64,000 bases of DNA from Sedimentisphaerales bacterium (GTDB taxonomy: Bacteria > Planctomycetota > Phycisphaerae > Sedimentisphaerales > Anaerobacaceae), in assembly GCA_030611315.1 (NCBI GenBank), contig JAUWPZ010000001.1:8640-72639 (forward strand). Direction: 5' to 3'. Positions 1 through 6,426 of this stretch are shown here, one piece after another. Position numbers and translations under genes: made by a program. The notes under the pieces are model-generated. The model saw nothing but the letters and a program-made list of their open reading frames with translations, was not told the DNA's origin and made no database searches. Each line of letters begins with the position of its first letter. Within the stretch, counting starts at the first letter, position 1.

Positions 1-768
1 CTCAAGGGCTTAGGCACAGCAATGCTGATATATGCCAACGATTACGATGATGAACTTCCGCGTGCGGGCGGCCCAACAACCCAACATGGAAATCTGAAAG
101 ACTGGGCGGCCGCCAACCGATTTGATGCTTTCGACCTGCAGCCCAACGGCTCGCAAGGATATGCAACCATCTCATCCAACTTGTTTCTTTTAGTCAAGTT
201 TGCCGAGGTAACACCCAAATCGTTCCTCTGCAAGGGAGATTCCGGCGTCAAAGAGTTTAAGCTTGGTGACGTCGGCGTTACCAACAAAGAGCTTATTGAG
301 GTCTGGGATTTCGGCCCCAATGCGAGAGAGCACTGCAGCTACACCTATCATTATCCTTTTGGGGCGTTTGCTCTGACCACCTCAACCGAGCCCGGTATGG
401 CGGTGGCGTCCGACCGCAACCCCTGGATAGAAGACCTCGCGGGAGAAACTCAAATCTGGGCCGATTTTGACCCTGTGGACACCGCTCCGACACTGGCCCA
501 AAAGGAAGGAAACGCCATTACCCACCAGGATGACGGGCAAAACGTATTGTTTATGGATGGCCACGTCAACTTTGAAAAACGCGCTTATTGCGCCATCGAC
601 GACGATAACATCTATACCCGTTATCCATCTAACTTCAGTAACATAAATGAAAAGCGTTTGGGCATTCTTCCACCGGGCCCCGAACCGGGGAACAGACAGG
701 ATTCGTACCTGATAAATGACGGGCCCGGCACCAGCGGCGGAACCACGACCACTACCACCGGACGCTGA
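1..768 (+). CDS. DUF1559 / H-X9-DG prepilin-like protein, 5' partial (N-terminus outside window)
   Basis: The frame is open from base 1. The protein is roughly three-quarters identical by eye to the full-length paralog at 5245-6147 (LKG.GTAML.YANDY.DELPRAGGPTTQHG ... HQDDGQNVL.MDGHV.FEKRAYCAIDDDNIYT). Confidence 0.85.
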   Translation, partial: LKGLGTAMLIYANDYDDELPRAGGPTTQHGNLKDWAAANRFDAFDLQPNGSQGYATISSNLFLLVKFAEVTPKSFLCKGDSGVKEFKLGDVGVTNKELIEVWDFGPNAREHCSYTYHYPFGAFALTTSTEPGMAVASDRNPWIEDLAGETQIWADFDPVDTAPTLAQKEGNAITHQDDGQNVLFMDGHVNFEKRAYCAIDDDNIYTRYPSNFSNINEKRLGILPPGPEPGNRQDSYLINDGPGTSGGTTTTTTGR

Positions 769-810
769 CGATAAGCCAGGCAGCCACGCTGCTTTTTGGA
801 TTGTGTACAG

Positions 811-846
811 GCGGCCTTATGCAACAAAGCATAAGGCCGCTTTTTT
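811..846 (+). terminator. Rho-independent terminator
   Basis: A perfect 12-bp stem (GCGGCCTTATGC, loop aacaaa, GCATAAGGCCGC) is followed by TTTTTT, 43 nt after the stop at 768. Confidence 0.85.
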
Positions 847-852
847 AGCATT

Positions 853-1008
853 TCTACCCTTAAGGGTAATAAATTCCCGCGATTGGGATTGTAAATTATT
901 GTTTTAAGGTTACTACCTGCGGCACAAGTACCTAGGGCACAAGTTGCCCGCCCCTATGGGGCAGGCGAACCCGCCGCGGCGGGGGAAATTTCAATCGTGA
1001 GCACTATC
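853..1008 (+). repeat. Intergenic repeat family, copy A (156 nt, expanded)
   Basis: It shares a 5' module (TACCCTTAAGGGTAATAAATTCCCGCGATTGGGATTGTAAATTATTGTTTTAAGG) and a 3' module (GAAATTTCAATCGTGAGCACTAT) with copies at 11922-12039 and 29042-29145. The interior carries extra GC-rich hairpins and two GGCACAAGT motifs. Confidence 0.8.
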
Positions 1009-1060
1009 CTTTATGCTCTCAAAGGTTTTCGGCAGTCATACCCCCGATTTCAATCTATCG

Positions 1061-1402
1061 TCAGTAAGGGGCCTTCCTGCACTGGCAGAGTCTCTCTCCC
1101 ATCAGAATTCTTATGCGCAGCATTCTGTCGCGGTAATTGCTTTGCAGCTCTATGGCTTCTTTTATTCTCGCGGATAGCTCTTCGTCTTTGATGACCACTC
1201 TTATCCACTCGGCCAGCTTCTCCAGATTCAGGCAAGGAAAGCTGTCATTCAATAGATGAACCACCTCTTCAAAACTGTACATTGACGCCCTTATTGCCCC
1301 GGCGCGCCGGCGCACTCGATACCCAATCAGGCGGTCCTCAAATCCGACCTCATCGAGCACTCTGGATACCAGAGATTCATCGGGTTCGGCCAATCTCTGC
1401 AT
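1061..1402 (-). CDS. Hypothetical 113-aa protein translationally coupled to the AOR gene
   Basis: The ATG at 1402 lies 2 nt after the AOR stop (1405-1407). I recognised no family. The ORF-track start at 1429 would overlap AOR. Confidence 0.45.
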   Translation of the reverse strand: MQRLAEPDESLVSRVLDEVGFEDRLIGYRVRRRAGAIRASMYSFEEVVHLLNDSFPCLNLEKLAEWIRVVIKDEELSARIKEAIELQSNYRDRMLRIRILMGERLCQCRKAPY

Positions 1403-1404
1403 AT

Positions 1405-3513
1405 CTACTCCCTGCCAAGTTTGCCGCATTTGTCGAGTTCATCGGCAACATACTTTAACCCCATCGACTCCAGCGTCTTTCCGGCAGGATACCCTGTGGC
1501 CGCATCCCAGCCCTGGAGTTTGTAAAACTTGGTCTTGAATTCTTCAAATTTTTTCCTGTCCACGTACCTGCCAAAAGAGTCGATGTACTGCCATTTCCCA
1601 TTTTTTCTGCCGGGCGAAAAGTGCCTTATATCCATTCCGCGATAAGTGCACGTCCTATCATAAATGAAGCCGGCAAAGTGCACCATGTCCCGGTGCCGGC
1701 CCTGGAGTGTCCAGATGGCGTGGTCGAGGTTCCATATCTTCCTTCCAAGCTCTATGCCGTCAAGGAACGAGAAGTTCTTTCCGGTTACAGCCTTAAAGAA
1801 TTTGGGTTCTGCCTGGCCCGTTGACCCTATTTTCTTCGGGGCATAAACATTAATGAAATCCGGCCAGCTCGCGTCGCAGAACAACGCCGACTGTTTCCAG
1901 AACCTTGTGTAGTATCGGTGCCAGGAGACGAGCTTTGCTATGTGCTCGGAGTACATGTTCTGCGTGCTGTAGTCAAGCATAAGCTCATCGTCCTGAAACG
2001 GAACCATTTTATCGACGTAGATTCTAACAGCTTCTTTCGCCGTCGTCTGCGACTTGCGCCCCTTCAATGCCGCCGGTGTCAAACACGAATGCAGCATGTC
2101 GAAACAATGTTCGTTTATGTCCCTGTCGCCGAGAATTGTTCCATATCCCCATTCGAGCCGGTGCCTTGGGTCCCGGTGCAAAGGTATTCCCCAATAAGGA
2201 AACGGAAGCAACCCGGTTTCCAGGTCTGACGAATCGCCGTCCAATCTGCCCCATTTCTCGGCCGCTCTTACAAAGCCCTCGGCGAGGTCATCGCCACACC
2301 GGCTCTTGCCGCCGCGACCGTCATTCCTGTAAGCGATCATCTTCACCAATTGCTCGACGAACTCGTAGCTCCCGTAACCATCGAAGTCAAGAGGGCAATC
2401 AATCTCTTTTCCCGGCCCCAGAACGCCTAATTTGTAAAGGTCTCTCAGATAAGTAGTGCCATAAATCATTTCGTGTGCATTCAAACCATATTTATTGAGC
2501 AGGTCGGTGGCCCTGCGCTGAATATCGAGAGACTTCGCGTCACAATAGAACATCGTTGCATAGCACATCGCCTCATTACCAAGCCCGCTCTCATATCTCG
2601 CCCGGCAGCCGGAGTGGCAGCCCACACATGCCTGCGGTCGTTGTCCCTCCGTCGGCTTCCAGGAACCACTAGGCCTTCCCCATAATGTCCCGGGCAAAGG
2701 AAGACTCGCGAATCCAGCCCATATCGGACCTTTCTTCAAATTATTAAGGTCAAAAGCATAATTCTGTTTTTGCCACAAACGCGCTTCCAGCAGCGCCTTC
2801 GGGTCGTTGACGTCGATGCCGCCGGTCCCTACCACGCTTATGGCTTTCAGGTTCTTGGAGCCCCAAACGGCCCCAAAGCCGCCCTGGCCCGAACCATTGC
2901 CCGCATCGTGTATCAGGCAGGCCATCCTGCTCAGGTTCTCCCCGGCAGGGCCTGCTGCCAGAACCGCAGGTCTCTGAGTAGTTTTATCCCCCTCTTCACC
3001 ATCTACGCATATCCAGTCTCCATACGCCTGGCTTCCAGCAACGTATTTCCAGATTCTTTTCTGGCAGTCCCAGGTGTCTGTTCCCCATAGCGATAACGGA
3101 CTACAGTCGCTGATGTGAACATTGCTGTTTCTGATGTCAATCCAGACGGGTCTGTCCGCCTTTCCCTCGAGCACTATCCCGTCCCAGCCGGCACACTTAA
3201 GCATCGTGGAAAACCTTCCACCGAAATTGCTTCTTGTGAACCAGCCTATAGGATATGACTGCACTCCAATCCCCTGCACCTCTGTCCTTCCGGCGCCCGC
3301 CGGGACTAAAGTACCGCTCAACGGCGAAGTCATCAATGTAACCACGTTCGCGGGGTCGAATCCGTCGATTGTCTTGTCCTTGACCAGGTCGAAGAAAATG
3401 GCGGAGCCCATTCCGTGTCCGCCGACCCACTGCTCGTAATCAGCGGTGGGTATGGTTGTAACTTTTTTGTCGGTCAGATTGACTCTCAGAATTTTCCCTG
3501 CGTATCCGTTCAT
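1405..3513 (-). CDS. Aldehyde:ferredoxin oxidoreductase family protein (W/Mo pterin enzyme, YdhV-like)
   Basis: The 702-aa protein has the N-terminal MNGYAGKILRVNLT typical of the AOR family. Its length and C-terminal segments (KFFKAVTGK..., KFYKLQGWD...) resemble E. coli YdhV as I recall it. Confidence 0.85.
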   Translation of the reverse strand: MNGYAGKILRVNLTDKKVTTIPTADYEQWVGGHGMGSAIFFDLVKDKTIDGFDPANVVTLMTSPLSGTLVPAGAGRTEVQGIGVQSYPIGWFTRSNFGGRFSTMLKCAGWDGIVLEGKADRPVWIDIRNSNVHISDCSPLSLWGTDTWDCQKRIWKYVAGSQAYGDWICVDGEEGDKTTQRPAVLAAGPAGENLSRMACLIHDAGNGSGQGGFGAVWGSKNLKAISVVGTGGIDVNDPKALLEARLWQKQNYAFDLNNLKKGPIWAGFASLPLPGTLWGRPSGSWKPTEGQRPQACVGCHSGCRARYESGLGNEAMCYATMFYCDAKSLDIQRRATDLLNKYGLNAHEMIYGTTYLRDLYKLGVLGPGKEIDCPLDFDGYGSYEFVEQLVKMIAYRNDGRGGKSRCGDDLAEGFVRAAEKWGRLDGDSSDLETGLLPFPYWGIPLHRDPRHRLEWGYGTILGDRDINEHCFDMLHSCLTPAALKGRKSQTTAKEAVRIYVDKMVPFQDDELMLDYSTQNMYSEHIAKLVSWHRYYTRFWKQSALFCDASWPDFINVYAPKKIGSTGQAEPKFFKAVTGKNFSFLDGIELGRKIWNLDHAIWTLQGRHRDMVHFAGFIYDRTCTYRGMDIRHFSPGRKNGKWQYIDSFGRYVDRKKFEEFKTKFYKLQGWDAATGYPAGKTLESMGLKYVADELDKCGKLGRE

Positions 3514-3568
3514 GCGTCTTCATTTCCCTTGAGTTGAAGTGCCGACAATAGCTGTTCTTCTCTGCCGC

Positions 3569-4285
3569 TCAAGAAATCGGGTATCCCAGCTTCTTCCAGC
3601 TCTTCCCCCTTAGATTGACCTTGTAACCGGCATTTCCTTCCTGAACCGGTATCCTTTTTGTGAACTTGATAGCGCCGACAGGACACACCTCAAGGCAAGC
3701 CTGCTTTCCGCCGGGACCTCCCCCTTTGGGGGACCAATGATATTTAGCATAAGCACAGAGGTCGCACTTTCTACTTTTCATATCACCGTTGAAGTCTTTA
3801 TGGGGGGCGACCAGCGACCTGCTCGGCGTATATGGACACGCTTCTTCGCACAACCCACAACCGATGCATTTGGCAATATCCACGGTTCTGACATTTCTAT
3901 ATTTCGAATCAACTTCAAGCGCTCCATTCGGACACGCCTTGACACAAGCAGGGTCCACACACTGCCTGCATTGCTCGATGGTTATATCGAGCGGCCATTT
4001 CTCAAATGAGTTCTGTATTACCTGTATTCTCGATAAAGTCAGATTCGCCTGTCCCTCATGCACCAACGAACAGGCCAGCATACAGGACAAACACCCCTGG
4101 CACTTTTTGGTATCAACAAGGATGTATCCGACAGACGCCGGGATTCCATCTATCACAATATCCGATGGGGGAGAACAACTACCGAGGCCGCCGCTGACGA
4201 CAACTACCCCCGCAATTTTCAGGAAATCCCTGCGCGGGGTTTGCCCATTGCAATCCCGATGTTGTCCTTCTCGTTGTTCGCTCAT
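3569..4285 (-). CDS. Tat-signal 4Fe-4S polyferredoxin (YdhX-like electron-transfer subunit)
   Basis: It has a twin-arginine motif (RRDFLKIAGVVV) and four Cys clusters (CQGCLSCMLAC, CRQCVDPACVKACP, CIGCGLCEEACP, CDLC...CLEVCP). It sits 55 nt upstream of the AOR gene on the same strand. Confidence 0.8.
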   Translation of the reverse strand: MSEQREGQHRDCNGQTPRRDFLKIAGVVVVSGGLGSCSPPSDIVIDGIPASVGYILVDTKKCQGCLSCMLACSLVHEGQANLTLSRIQVIQNSFEKWPLDITIEQCRQCVDPACVKACPNGALEVDSKYRNVRTVDIAKCIGCGLCEEACPYTPSRSLVAPHKDFNGDMKSRKCDLCAYAKYHWSPKGGGPGGKQACLEVCPVGAIKFTKRIPVQEGNAGYKVNLRGKSWKKLGYPIS

Positions 4286-4560
4286 GGCCGAGGCTACCCA
4301 TTAACCGATATTTCCATACAACCACGCTATCTTTGCCTGGCTGCGCTGCCGAACTCCTTTACCAATAGAATATCAAGTCTGTCCCGATAATTCAAGGTTT
4401 CCGGCCGCTTCTCGAAGGTATTCGAGCCGGAACAGCGACAAAAATTCGATTTTCCCGGTTAATCATCAATCGACCGACAGACCTCAGTCATCTTACGCGT
4501 CTCAAAATAAAGTTGTTCAGTGATATCCCCGATTTTAAGCCGGGAACAACGGTGTTAGGC

Positions 4561-4637
4561 AAATTGTAAAAAATTTTCAAAAAAAATACAAAATTCGACA
4601 TAATTTACTTGACAGAAATGTTACCTTGTGTTATAAT
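4561..4637 (+). promoter_or_regulatory. Near-consensus sigma70-type promoter with A/T-rich UP element
   Basis: TTGACA (4609-4614) and TATAAT (4632-4637) are separated by a 17-nt spacer, with a TGT extended -10 at 4629-4631. A tract of about 45 nt upstream (4561-4608) is A/T-rich. Confidence 0.7.
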
Positions 4638-4681
4638 AGTAATCAGAGAATGGCAGATTTGTAAAAACTTATATTATATAT

Positions 4682-4905
4682 TAAGTCGTCATTATATTCG
4701 GTCTTCATTTCATATCTCAAACCTGCCTTCGGCAAAAAGACTTCTTTTACAATTTGGCTTACGCTATTGCTCCGACAATGGCGCCGCCTGTATGGAGAAT
4801 TGCGCTAAAAGTTCGAAACAGAGACAGGCAGGTCTGAAAAACCTATCATAATCCAAGTCGTCATCATATTTGGTTTTCATTTCATAACCTGAACCTGCCT
4901 ACCGG
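4682..4905. repeat. Two direct copies of a ~50-nt motif, 171 nt apart, in the long leader
   Basis: Copy 1 at 4682-4732 reads AAGTCGTCATTATATTCGGTCTTCATTTCATATCTCAAACCTGCCTTCGG. Copy 2 at 4853-4905 reads AAGTCGTCATCATATTTGGTTTTCATTTCATAACCTGAACCTGCCTACCGG. Confidence 0.8.
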
Positions 4906-5244
4906 AGAAAAGGCCCCTTTTCCAGACCGGCCCGGCTCATTGAGCCGGCAACAGCTTTGAGTGTCCGAAGAACTTTTTTGCGCGAACCATAATGGAAAGA
5001 AACGGTTTTTTGCGTATCTGTTCTAAAACCGACCGTTATAGGCAAAAAAAAGTGAACCAAGGAGATTCGCAAAAAAGAACTGTGCGTTAAATGCTATAAG
5101 TACCCTTGTGGCCGGGATTGTCAGTTTTGTGGACCGGGCAACCGAGGCTCCCGGCAATAAAAAAAAGTACTAATCTATTCAAAAATCAATATGGGCTTAA
5201 AACGGTCGGGCCTGCGAGTCTCCGAATAGTAAAGGAGACAAAAA

Positions 5245-6147
5245 ATGGAACGGAAAAGAAAAGGTTTCACATTAGTTGAGCTGCTGGTCGTTATCGCGAT
5301 CATAGCTCTGCTCATGGGCATTCTGATGCCGGCCCTGGCCAGGGTCAGGCAAATTGCCTTCAGGTTGATCTGCGGAACCAACCTAAAGGGCATAGGCACT
5401 GCAATGCTGGTCTATGCCAACGACTACGAGGATGAACTTCCGCGAGCAGGAGGCCCAACAACCCAACATGGGCCTCTGGCGAACTGGCTGGCCGGCGACC
5501 GACGTACCGCCTTCGGCCTGGGCAACGACGGTTCCGGCGGAAAAGCAACCGTCTCGTCCAACTTCTTTCTTTTAGTCAAGTATGCCGAGGTAACACCCAA
5601 ATCGTTCATCTGCAAGGGCGATTCCGGCGTCGATGAGTTTAAGCTTGGTGACCACGGCGTTACCAACAAAGAGCTTATTGAGGTCTGGGATTTCGGCGAA
5701 TCCAAGAACGACCCTCCAACAAATCGAGAGCATTGCAGCTACTCCTATCATTATCCTTTTGGGCAGTTCGCTCTGACCACGTCATCCGAACCCGGTATGG
5801 CAGTGGCGGCCGACCGCAACCCCTGGATAAAAGACCCTGCGGGAGAAACGCAGATTTGGAACGATTTTAACCCTGCGGACAACGCTCCGACATTGAAACA
5901 AAAGGAAGGAAACGCCATTACCCACCAGGATGACGGGCAAAACGTATTGTATATGGACGGCCACGTAACATTTGAAAAACGCGCTTATTGCGCCATCGAC
6001 GACGATAACATCTATACCTGGTATCCATCCAGCTTCAAAAACATAACGGAAAAGCGCAAGGGCAATCAACCACCGGGAACACCTGGGAATAGACAGGATT
6101 CGTACCTGGCAATTGACGGTCCCGGAGGAATAACGACAACGCGCTAA
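5245..6147 (+). CDS. DUF1559 / H-X9-DG prepilin-type N-terminal cleavage/methylation domain protein
   Basis: The N-terminus has a KGFTLVELLVVIAIIALLMGILMPAL class-III signal/methylation motif. The C-terminus has HQDDGQNVLYMDGHV. An AAAGGAGA RBS lies upstream. Confidence 0.9.
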   Translation: MERKRKGFTLVELLVVIAIIALLMGILMPALARVRQIAFRLICGTNLKGIGTAMLVYANDYEDELPRAGGPTTQHGPLANWLAGDRRTAFGLGNDGSGGKATVSSNFFLLVKYAEVTPKSFICKGDSGVDEFKLGDHGVTNKELIEVWDFGESKNDPPTNREHCSYSYHYPFGQFALTTSSEPGMAVAADRNPWIKDPAGETQIWNDFNPADNAPTLKQKEGNAITHQDDGQNVLYMDGHVTFEKRAYCAIDDDNIYTWYPSSFKNITEKRKGNQPPGTPGNRQDSYLAIDGPGGITTTR

Positions 6148-6190
6148 CGACAAGTCAAGCGGCCAAGTGGTTTTCCCTTCGAACGCCTAC

Positions 6191-6235
6191 GGGCGACCTT
6201 GTGCAGCGGCGGGGCGCAAGGTCGCCCCTTTTTAT
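6191..6235 (+). terminator. Rho-independent terminator
   Basis: GGGCGACCTTG pairs with CAAGGTCGCCC over an 11-bp stem, followed by CTTTTTATT. Confidence 0.8.
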
Positions 6236-6426
6236 TGGCTTAGAGCCTATCCTGAAACCGGAATCTATTGCGGCCGGCTGCAAAGCACGATGAAAAGCGT
6301 TGTCGGCCAAAAAATCGCCGCTGGAGATTTGTTTTTACAGGGCATTTATGTGGGCCGGCATTTTGCGACTTGACGCAAAATGGGAGCCCTGTTAGATTGT
6401 ACGCCTGGATTCTAAGGAGTCAAAAA

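Noticed and set aside
853-1008. Three-copy element as a tRNA, tracrRNA or CRISPR-repeat remnant
   Set aside because: I could not draw a cloverleaf. There is no adjacent repeat-spacer array and there are no cas, TnpB or IscB genes, so it is kept only as an unclassified repeat.
4609-4851. 80-aa plus-strand ORF in the leader
   Set aside because: It begins at a non-ATG codon inside the predicted -35 hexamer, has no RBS and has odd composition. It is more likely untranslated leader.
6268-6426. N-terminal extension of aconitase from the ORF-track start
   Set aside because: The extension (MRPAAKHDEKRCRPKNRRWRF...) overlaps the upstream terminator region. A TTG with a well-spaced AAGGAG at 6427 gives the canonical MGQTLVYKIL N-terminus.
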